From IMG/VR virus record IMGVR_UViG_3300048861_000125, positions 1 through 32,102 of that record: 32,102 nucleotides of DNA; one strand, 5' to 3'. A program made the position numbers and the translations under genes. Below the pieces are notes generated by a model, which was not told the origin of the DNA, did not search any database, and saw nothing but the letters and a program-made list of their open reading frames with translations. This DNA comes from a virus. Its lineage: Duplodnaviria; Caudoviricetes. Shown one piece after another: positions 1-7,089 of this stretch (its first letter is position 1; the number at the start of each line of letters is the position of its first letter).

Positions 1-171
1 ATGGTGTATCTGGGTGCTTGCCTCATCGCCGGTATGCGACTGGCGCGCGAGAAGCAGGTAAATGTTCGGGTTATTCCCACGATTCAAGCAATAGAAGAGT
101 CAGTGGACTTGGCCCACGAGGTCTACAACCGTGTATTTCGTCGGGTGCCAGAACTTCTCGATAAGAAGTGA
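1..171 (+). CDS. small hypothetical protein (56 aa as seen; may extend 5' of the window)
   Basis: Manual translation: MVYLGACLIAGMRLAREKQVNVRVIPTIQAIEESVDLAHEVYNRVFRRVPELLDKK-TGA; below the ORF-track length cutoff. Confidence 0.55.
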   Translation: MVYLGACLIAGMRLAREKQVNVRVIPTIQAIEESVDLAHEVYNRVFRRVPELLDKK

Positions 172-261
172 ACAAGGATGAACGGGAATAGATCGCGGCC
201 CTCAAGGGTTATTCCTATAGCTGACAGTTGACCAATTGCAAACTCCCGGAGGAGATAAGAG

Positions 262-546
262 ATGATGACAACCTACAAACTTGTTGCCGTGCCGTACCTG
301 CTTCCCGAGGGTGATTTCAAAGGTCACCTTGAGACCGTCACGTTTATCGCTGCCAATGAAGAGCGCAGCCACAAATGGTGGTCAGTAAACGTGGGCACGT
401 ATGAGACAGACTTCAAGCGGATAGTCTCTCCCGAACTGGCGCAACATTTGGTTCAGAAGCTGCGTGCCGGTGAGACAGTTGAGTTCCCGAACCTATATGA
501 GCTTGCTAAGGTGCGCGGGCGGTTTGGTGGGAGTTGGAGGGACTAG
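262..546 (+). CDS. hypothetical protein, paralog of 1025-1282
   Basis: GGAGGAG RBS upstream; shares LAQHxxxxLxxGExxxF with 1025-1282. Confidence 0.75.
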   Translation: MMTTYKLVAVPYLLPEGDFKGHLETVTFIAANEERSHKWWSVNVGTYETDFKRIVSPELAQHLVQKLRAGETVEFPNLYELAKVRGRFGGSWRD

Positions 547-589
547 TCTCGTCGTATTGGATAGATTGTCAGATTGGAGGGTTTTGCTT

Positions 590-985
590 ATGGCCGACGA
601 CAAAAAGCCGATGACAGATGAAGAGAGTCGTGCGTTTTGGGAGCGGTTCGAGGAAGAAACTCTCGCGAGCATGACGCCGTTCGAGCGATATCTCTACGAC
701 AACGGCTTGTTCGACGACGCGATCCGGCCAGAGATTACTGCCGAAGACGTGGTTCATGAACCGGACGATTTTTGCATCGATGTCGGCTGCGAGCACTGTA
801 TCGGCTATTGGAAGCGCGATGGGCGGGTTACTTATTGCACCCATGAATGCCACAAGAGCCCAAAAGTCAGAGAAGTGCCCTACGACCATTGCAGCTATAT
901 GGGCTGCGTAAACTGCCCTGAGGTTGTTAGCCAGGGCGTAGTTGTGTCCTCCTGCACCTGCTCGCATCATCGGTCCGTGCATTGA
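590..985 (+). CDS. acidic protein with two tandem Cys/His motifs (putative metal-binding)
   Basis: GGAGG at 576-580 before ATG 590; two copies of C-x4-C-x2-C-x12-C-T-[HC]-x-[CH]-H. Confidence 0.7.
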   Translation: MADDKKPMTDEESRAFWERFEEETLASMTPFERYLYDNGLFDDAIRPEITAEDVVHEPDDFCIDVGCEHCIGYWKRDGRVTYCTHECHKSPKVREVPYDHCSYMGCVNCPEVVSQGVVVSSCTCSHHRSVH

Positions 986-1024
986 TTTCTTAGTTCCCCA
1001 TGCGGGCAGTGTTAGGCTGTTGGC

Positions 1025-1282
1025 ATGGATTTTCAGGAAGTGACGATAACCCCTATAGAAAAGCCTGATGGGACCATCAAGCACTACTATCTCTCTGTCG
1101 ATTGCAACCCCGGCACTGAAAATCTCTGGACGATGCCAGGGTCATATGACACTGCCGAGGCGGCGGTTGACTCCTTCTCCCCTCGCCTGAAGCCGCATCT
1201 GGCGCAGCACATTCTCAACGTCCTGAAGAGTGGCGAGTCTATTACTTTTACACTTGAAGATGCATTTGATGGATTCATATAA
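1025..1282 (+). CDS. hypothetical protein, paralog of 262-546
   Basis: Ends 3 nt before the SRAP start; motif similarity to 262-546. Confidence 0.7.
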   Translation: MDFQEVTITPIEKPDGTIKHYYLSVDCNPGTENLWTMPGSYDTAEAAVDSFSPRLKPHLAQHILNVLKSGESITFTLEDAFDGFI

Positions 1283-1285
1283 GCG

Positions 1286-1969
1286 ATGTGTGGCCGCTAC
1301 TACAGACGCAGCGACAAGCAGAAGATTGCCGAAGCGTTCCACACAACGCAGGTTGATGACTTCCCTCTGCCCCCATGGGACTACAACGTAGCACCCACCA
1401 CTATGCAGCCTGTCATCCGCGCCAACCGTGATACCGGAGAGCGTGAGCTGGTGCAACAGAGATGGGGGCTAGTACCGTTCAACACGAGGAGCCTCGCGGA
1501 CCTCAAAGGCAAATCAACCATCAATGCCAGGGCAGAAACCGTCACGTTCGGCTGGTGGGCTCAACCGTTCAAGAAGCGCCGGTGTCTCGTGCCTGCCTCT
1601 GGTTTTTACGAATGGACCCATGATGATCCAAAGAATAAGCGTCCATTCGCATTCGACCTTAGTAACGGTCACATGATGGCCTTCGCCGGACTCTGGGACG
1701 CCTGGATAGACCCTGCGAACGGTCAATGGCTGCAGAGCTACACAATCATCACTACTGACGCCAACGAACTAATGGCGCCCGTGCACAACCGCATGCCGGT
1801 CATCCTGCATGAGGGAGACTTCAACCGTTGGCTCGACCGGGAAGAGACTCACCAGCCGCCCATAGATCTTCTGAGACCGTTCCCGGCTGATGAGATGGAA
1901 GCCTTCGAAGTCAGCAAGGATGTCGGGAACGTTAAGAACAATTCCGCTGAGCTGTTGAACAGCAAGTGA
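1286..1969 (+). CDS. SOS response-associated peptidase (SRAP; YedK/HMCES family, abasic-site protection)
   Basis: N-terminal MCGRY, YNVAPT, WGLVP, INARAET, RCLVPASGFYEW, HNRMPVIL motifs. Confidence 0.96.
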   Translation: MCGRYYRRSDKQKIAEAFHTTQVDDFPLPPWDYNVAPTTMQPVIRANRDTGERELVQQRWGLVPFNTRSLADLKGKSTINARAETVTFGWWAQPFKKRRCLVPASGFYEWTHDDPKNKRPFAFDLSNGHMMAFAGLWDAWIDPANGQWLQSYTIITTDANELMAPVHNRMPVILHEGDFNRWLDREETHQPPIDLLRPFPADEMEAFEVSKDVGNVKNNSAELLNSK

Positions 1970-2040
1970 TAGCGCGTTCCAGGTAACCGGGTGTTTCCAG
2001 AATTAAGGTATAGTGACGCTGTGCATAATACTTGCATCTG

Positions 2041-2150
2041 ACGAGACCTAATTCCGGGAGTCCTATACCCGGATACCCTTGCAGTCGGTTCTCCTTCCTC
2101 CCTCTGCGTTGCCCAATCTAGCAATGACACAACAGTGGAGATCCGTCATG
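2041..2150 (+). repeat. conserved leader element, copy 1
   Basis: Aligns with 27081-27195 and 3018-3103; ends AATCTAGCAATGACACAACAGTGGAGATCCGTC-ATG. Confidence 0.85.
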
Positions 2151-2939
2151 CCCGAAAATGCTCAGATTCCTGCCACCCAGAACCCCAGCAAAGCCGATGC
2201 TTCCTACCTGGACTACGAGCCAACCTGGAGAGCGTTCAACCAAATTCAAATCATCGTCAACAACTTGCCCTCGAGCACGTATGAAGAAGCCATTCAGGAC
2301 AAGCTGGGGGGCATCCAACAGACCTCCAAATTCATGTTGGAGGAGCCGCCCGGGACGGACCAATTAAGCGCCAGCGATGCCGCCAGCGTTGCCGCCAAGC
2401 TAATGATGCCTTACGCCCAACAACTGCAGACATCTGCTGACACCGGCATCGCCAACCTCGCAGGCTTCATTCTCTCTTGGTGCCAGACCATTGTGTTTGA
2501 TCAGCAGCATGGCACCGAAAGCGCCCAAATTCGATCCGACCAGAGCCTAGTCGAAATCCCCAGCGAAGTCGCTTATTCCAGTGCGAATTGGCAATCTGAT
2601 TTTGATGCCTTGAGCGGTATTCAGTACATCCTCTACCTCGTTCTCGTTTCATCGCAGGAGAACGACCGACCGTGGTCACCCGATATTCAGAGCTGTCTAG
2701 ATAAGATTTCGGGTTGCTGCACGAACCTCTATCACAACCCCACTCTTTGTAATCCGTTTCGCGGATTAACTCCCAGTGAGGCGGCCAAGCTGATTGCACC
2801 CCTCGCCATACAGTTCCGCGACCTATATCCGGATCCGGGTCCCGACGCCACCTTCCCCGGCCTAGACGGCACCACTTGGCTGGAGATGAATAACATTGTC
2901 AACTACTGTAAGGCTATTGATCCTTCTTCAGCATCGTGA
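2148..2939 (+). CDS. hypothetical protein with an internal two-domain duplication (263 aa)
   Basis: GGAG RBS before ATG 2148; halves share E.AQI, A..IQ.I, IQ..L..I, AAKL..P.A.Q and I..[WY]C..I. Confidence 0.8.
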   Translation: MPENAQIPATQNPSKADASYLDYEPTWRAFNQIQIIVNNLPSSTYEEAIQDKLGGIQQTSKFMLEEPPGTDQLSASDAASVAAKLMMPYAQQLQTSADTGIANLAGFILSWCQTIVFDQQHGTESAQIRSDQSLVEIPSEVAYSSANWQSDFDALSGIQYILYLVLVSSQENDRPWSPDIQSCLDKISGCCTNLYHNPTLCNPFRGLTPSEAAKLIAPLAIQFRDLYPDPGPDATFPGLDGTTWLEMNNIVNYCKAIDPSSAS

Positions 2940-3017
2940 GGCCATCTCTGAAGAGACCTAGCTCCGGATCAAGGATTCGTTTCCAATTGGTGCAGCAGAC
3001 AACCTCGCCGTACTTTC

Positions 3018-3103
3018 TGGATAGCCTTACGACACGGCAAAACAGCGTGTCCTTGGTTCGCCTTACTAATCCAACAACGACACAATAGTGGAGATCCGTC
3101 ATG
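3018..3103 (+). repeat. conserved leader element, copy 2
   Basis: GGATAGCCTT about 82 nt upstream of the ATG, plus AATCCAACAACGACACAATAGTGGAGATCCGTC-ATG. Confidence 0.8.
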
Positions 3104-3445
3104 ACTGAAAAACACGAATCGAACTGGGTTAACGGGACCGACCAGTACGCAAATGAAAACCCCGGCTAACCAACCGAAGCCACACCTTCCAACTCGGTAG
3201 ACAGGATACCGCCTTGGTCTACAATCCAAGACCCACCGGAGTACAACACCGAAAACGCTAACAATCCAAAGGATGGTTCTGACTGGCTGGGAGGGCCGCA
3301 GAACGGAAACGAAACCTCCAGCGAAGCCGCTAGAAATCCTCAGACTGGTATCCAAAAACCGACCGAAGCCGCTCCATCCAGCTCAAATAGCAACCACGAG
3401 ACATCGACAAAAGATGAGACGTGGTCCGGGCGTGGAAAATCCTAG
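3101..3445 (+). pseudogene. low-complexity polar ORF interrupted by an in-frame TAA (3167-3169), or a 22-aa peptide gene
   Basis: ATG follows the conserved leader; frame stays open for 91 codons after the TAA; PTEATPSNS/PTEAAPSSS internal repeat. Confidence 0.5.
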
Positions 3446-3529
3446 CGAATCCAACAAGCGGTCCTAGCTGGCGAAAGCATGGAAACAGCGGGGCCAAAAG
3501 CAGCTTACGAGAAACAAACCCTTAAATGG

Positions 3530-3559
3530 AAAAGGCTCAGGTCGTGATGACCTGAGCCT
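3530..3559 (-). terminator. intrinsic terminator after the tail operon
   Basis: Perfect 11-bp stem AGGCTCAGGTC/GACCTGAGCCT followed by a T run on the minus strand; lies between convergent genes. Confidence 0.75.
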
Positions 3560-3589
3560 CGATTGGTTATTAGTGCGTTCTACTTCCCT

Positions 3590-5254
3590 TTAAGCTGCTG
3601 CCCGTTTGCAGTAGACGGTCAGTTCTTCCGTAGTGGGATCCCATTCATAGACCGACGGATCAGTTTCCTGCACCGTCATCTGGCATTCCACACTCTGCAC
3701 ACCGGACTGATCGGCATCAGAGACGGCGAAAGTTACCCCGACCACTTCAAGATTCTTGTTTATCCATCCGTTCTCCGCGAATGAGAACTGCATCACGTCG
3801 CAGGGCTGTGTCTGCCAGCCTGCGAGAGACATGGGAAACGCCCCACTTCCCTGCTGACGGTTGCGCATGAGTGCAATCTTAGCCAGTCTCTGTGCCTGCG
3901 TTACTGATGTGACCGCAGGAAGATTCATGTCCTGCGGGAGTACCTGCCCACCATCTGCATCCTGATCAATGCTCGAACTGTACCCATGAAGAATGTCTCT
4001 GTTGTAGTAAGGGAAGCTGGTCGGCATCCAGCCAAAGCTGAAATTGTCTTGTGTCCGTCCGGCGAAGTCTCGACCGTTGTCATCGTAGAAGTCGCCCGCA
4101 ACTGCATAAGGATAATTGGGCGCAACATAGGTCCCTGTCACCTGATTCACGAGTTCGGAATAGGAGCGATAGGATTCCCAAGTGATCGTGCCGGTCAGAT
4201 TGCTTTCATTAAATGAGTATGTCGGCCCTTGCCATGCAGCAGGAAAGATGTACCACTCTCCGCCGATCCGGCTAAGGCGTCCACCCATCGACTGCATGAT
4301 CGTCTCCAGGGCGGAGCCTGGAGTGACCGATGTGTCATACACATAATGTGCCGTGTATCGCGACTCTGTCAGTCCATTTAATGCGGCCACCGCAACCTGC
4401 TCATCGCAGATATTTGCGGCGGCGACGAGCTGATCTTGATTCACGGAACTATCGCCGAGTCCAAAGGCAGGATCGGTGATAATGTCGGCTGCGATCAGAG
4501 CAGCGTTGGTCGTGTAGCCGCGAGTTTGCGTCCTTGGGTCCCAAATGTTGTTCTTGCCTCGGACCGTGAACTTGATCTCGGGGAAACCATTGATGAAAAA
4601 GGAGTCGTTCCGCTCCAGCTTCAGGTACACGTAGGTACACCCACCGACATACGGTGAACCGTCAGCGGTCGTCGCCCAGGTCGGATCGTTGGCGGTCAAG
4701 CCTGAGATGACATCCCCCGGTAACTGATCGCCGAAGCGAGGCTCGCAGTAACATACGTTTCCGTTCAAGTTATAGGTTTGGCCATCAGGACCGGTATGGT
4801 TTGCGCCGTCCGGGGAACCTCCGAAACTGACGCCGTTCCTCACCGAATGCCCAACCGAGCTGGGATTCCACCACACGAGCCTCCCATCGAGATACATATT
4901 GACGATGGAGTCGCAGGTATGACCTGCAAGGATGATGACCGTGTTGTAATTGGACTTCGAACTACCAGTGGAAGAACGGAAGATGATTTGTCCGCCCACC
5001 TGACGCTCCCCATAGATGATCTGCCTGTATGCAGCCGGAGTACGAGTAGTGATGCCCATAGACCGGTTGGAACTCAGCGCATCTCCGATTGCTCCGACCT
5101 CCATCGAGACGCCCTGAATTGCTAGAGCGGTCATCGCTTTGGTGAGCGCTGGAAGTGCAGCGAGGCCTACGCCAGTCGAAGCCAGAGCGAACTCAGTTAC
5201 ACCGATGGCAACCGCACCTGCCAGCGAGACTGCGCCTTGGATGGCTTTTGACAT
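3590..5254 (-). CDS. tail tip / host specificity protein (lambda gpJ-like), possibly C-terminally truncated
   Basis: IIYGERQVGG, VRGKNNIWDPRT, TTNAALIAAD, AANICDEQV and AQRLAKIAL motifs; last gene of the tail module. Confidence 0.85.
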   Translation of the reverse strand: MSKAIQGAVSLAGAVAIGVTEFALASTGVGLAALPALTKAMTALAIQGVSMEVGAIGDALSSNRSMGITTRTPAAYRQIIYGERQVGGQIIFRSSTGSSKSNYNTVIILAGHTCDSIVNMYLDGRLVWWNPSSVGHSVRNGVSFGGSPDGANHTGPDGQTYNLNGNVCYCEPRFGDQLPGDVISGLTANDPTWATTADGSPYVGGCTYVYLKLERNDSFFINGFPEIKFTVRGKNNIWDPRTQTRGYTTNAALIAADIITDPAFGLGDSSVNQDQLVAAANICDEQVAVAALNGLTESRYTAHYVYDTSVTPGSALETIMQSMGGRLSRIGGEWYIFPAAWQGPTYSFNESNLTGTITWESYRSYSELVNQVTGTYVAPNYPYAVAGDFYDDNGRDFAGRTQDNFSFGWMPTSFPYYNRDILHGYSSSIDQDADGGQVLPQDMNLPAVTSVTQAQRLAKIALMRNRQQGSGAFPMSLAGWQTQPCDVMQFSFAENGWINKNLEVVGVTFAVSDADQSGVQSVECQMTVQETDPSVYEWDPTTEELTVYCKRAAA

Positions 5255-5695
5255 TTAGATACTCCATGCCCGGACTACGTTGGAGACAGGAAGCCTAACG
5301 TGTCCGTTCGTTGAAACAGTGATGACGTGACGACCGTTGAGATGAACCAGGCCACAGATCAGTGCGTCGCCGTTTTTGACGACCACGAGATCGCCGCGCT
5401 TCGCCATAAGCGGAAACTCGTGCTCAACCAGTCCGTGCTTGTGAGCGCAGTACGCAGCGGCGTCAGCAACACTCGATCCGCCTGTGAGCGACTTGATGAG
5501 AGCGAAGGCCGAGGCTTCATCCCTGTACCTGCCCCGGAAGTCGTCGGCTAGATCAACACCAGAGATCGCCTGGATGGCATTTGCTGGGAACAGGCAACAA
5601 TCGTTTTCACCCCATACGAATGGCTTGTGTGCATTTTCGAGAATGAAGTTGTGGAAGTGTTGCTCGCGCCAGTTATGTGGCTTAGGAAGGGACAT
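5255..5695 (-). CDS. NlpC/P60-like tail assembly protein (DUF6950-like)
   Basis: PFVWGENDCCLF and AKRGDLVV motifs; gpK-like position; no obvious catalytic His. Confidence 0.75.
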   Translation of the reverse strand: MSLPKPHNWREQHFHNFILENAHKPFVWGENDCCLFPANAIQAISGVDLADDFRGRYRDEASAFALIKSLTGGSSVADAAAYCAHKHGLVEHEFPLMAKRGDLVVVKNGDALICGLVHLNGRHVITVSTNGHVRLPVSNVVRAWSI

Positions 5696-5704
5696 GCGTA
5701 CTCC

Positions 5705-5734
5705 AAAAGGAAAGCCACCCGCAAAAGGGTGGCT
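5705..5734 (-). terminator. hairpin / weak terminator inside the tail operon
   Basis: AGCCACCC-N6-GGGTGGCT followed by TTCCTTTT on the minus strand. Confidence 0.55.
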
Positions 5735-5767
5735 AGTGTGGTGAAAAATGAGTGAACTCTACGGCGT

Positions 5768-6325
5768 CTAAGGAGTCCAGTCGATGGCGATATTATTCTG
5801 CATCTCGACCCAATTGAATCCGGTGTCGTCGGGATAGCCGTTCGCCCGCTGATCTGCCGCCGTATATTTCCTATTGCTAGCCCGGGAGTGATTAATCAGC
5901 TTGTTTTCCAAGGCAAGCTGGCAGGTGATCTCATCTCCGCCGATGCTGAAATGTGGTTTGTCGACCTGCCCAGAGAAAACGAGATACGGAGCGCCAATCA
6001 GAGCCCCATTCATGAAGTTGCCGAACCAGATCTTCGCTGGTGCTCCGATACGGATGTCCGTCATACATTCGGCTTTTAGTGAGGGATCGATGCCCGATAG
6101 AGTGACGGTTGTTCCATCAGCTTTCACGTCTATACCTTCAACGATCGCTCCCAGTTTGCCTAAAGACCCCACACCTCCGAAAGCCTGAGCGTTCCACATC
6201 AATGTTCCAACGCCAGACCAGCAGTAGACCGTCTCCGATTTGAAGGTGAGCATACATAGGATCACCGGATAGATCACGCCACTCGTAAGGCTCGATGCAA
6301 GTGCGGGATCGAGATGGCGTGACAT
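5768..6325 (-). CDS. minor tail protein (hub / gpL-position)
   Basis: Synteny between distal tail and NlpC-like genes; WSGVG...GVGSLG and YT..DQ....PDDTGF motifs typical of such tail genes. Confidence 0.7.
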   Translation of the reverse strand: MSRHLDPALASSLTSGVIYPVILCMLTFKSETVYCWSGVGTLMWNAQAFGGVGSLGKLGAIVEGIDVKADGTTVTLSGIDPSLKAECMTDIRIGAPAKIWFGNFMNGALIGAPYLVFSGQVDKPHFSIGGDEITCQLALENKLINHSRASNRKYTAADQRANGYPDDTGFNWVEMQNNIAIDWTP

Positions 6326-6957
6326 TATCGATACTCCTGAATTTGAAAGCTGATGCTCGTTAGCTGCGACGGACTGTAGCTCCAGGTGCGCTTATTGCTG
6401 GCGAGTCGGAACAGTCCTTGCGGATTGTTCACGATGACCAGCTGACCATCGTTTGGTTGTTCTCTCAAGGACGGCCAGACGGAGATCGCGGCCTTCCCGT
6501 TGGCATCACTGTTCACACTGTCAACCACCTTATGAAGTCGGTTCCCCACCTGAATGCCGTCATTCGGAAGTAGAAGGCGAAACGTGTTCGCGGTCCAACC
6601 TCGCGTGTTGAGTGTTGAACCGCCTGCCATGTTCGTTCCGTCGACAACCGGAGCACCTGAAGCGGTCCCATTGGGGATGCGCTTTAGGGGGTCACCGAGG
6701 AAGAAGCAATTTGCCATGCCACGGAGCTCGCCCAGAAACGCGATCCACTCGTCGGCCTCACACTGCGTCAATGGGGGCAGTGTGATCGTGCCCGTCCATT
6801 GATCAGCCCCCTGCCATACCTGAGCCTGCGTTTGTCCTGTAAAGGGGCTCGTGACGATCGCTACCGCATCGGACATCGAGAACTCAACAGATGCAAATCG
6901 GCTCGTAGACGGACACGCGACGATGCTCGCACCATTGAAAGTGCCTATGATTGACAT
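6325..6957 (-). CDS. distal tail protein-like
   Basis: SPFTGQTQ and W.AFL..LRG motifs; position; stop/start overlap with the next gene. Confidence 0.7.
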   Translation of the reverse strand: MSIIGTFNGASIVACPSTSRFASVEFSMSDAVAIVTSPFTGQTQAQVWQGADQWTGTITLPPLTQCEADEWIAFLGELRGMANCFFLGDPLKRIPNGTASGAPVVDGTNMAGGSTLNTRGWTANTFRLLLPNDGIQVGNRLHKVVDSVNSDANGKAAISVWPSLREQPNDGQLVIVNNPQGLFRLASNKRTWSYSPSQLTSISFQIQEYR

Positions 6958-7054
6958 GGATTTGACCTCGAGGAAAAGGCGGAACGGAGGCTCGGCCTAA
7001 TAACGTTGTTCGGCAGCATCTCGAACCGAGCCGGTAAAGCGAAGCGTGGGGCAG

Positions 7055-7081
7055 AACGGCTAGGCCTGTTCCCTAGCCGTT
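7055..7081 (-). terminator. hairpin downstream of the tail spike gene
   Basis: 10-bp stem AACGGCTAGG/CCTAGCCGTT; weak T tail. Confidence 0.5.
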
Positions 7082-7089
7082 GATCGTGA

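Noticed and set aside
2041-3103. Integron attC sites or sigma-54 promoters as the identity of the conserved leader
   Set aside because: There are no RYYYAAC/GTTRRRY ends with a long imperfect palindrome. The GG-to-GC spacing in copy 3 is 11 nt rather than 10 and is not conserved in the other copies.
1-3600. Second att site (duplicate of the tRNA-Asp 3' end)
   Set aside because: I found no copy of TGGCGGGGACGACGGGG by eye, so the left prophage boundary cannot be placed.
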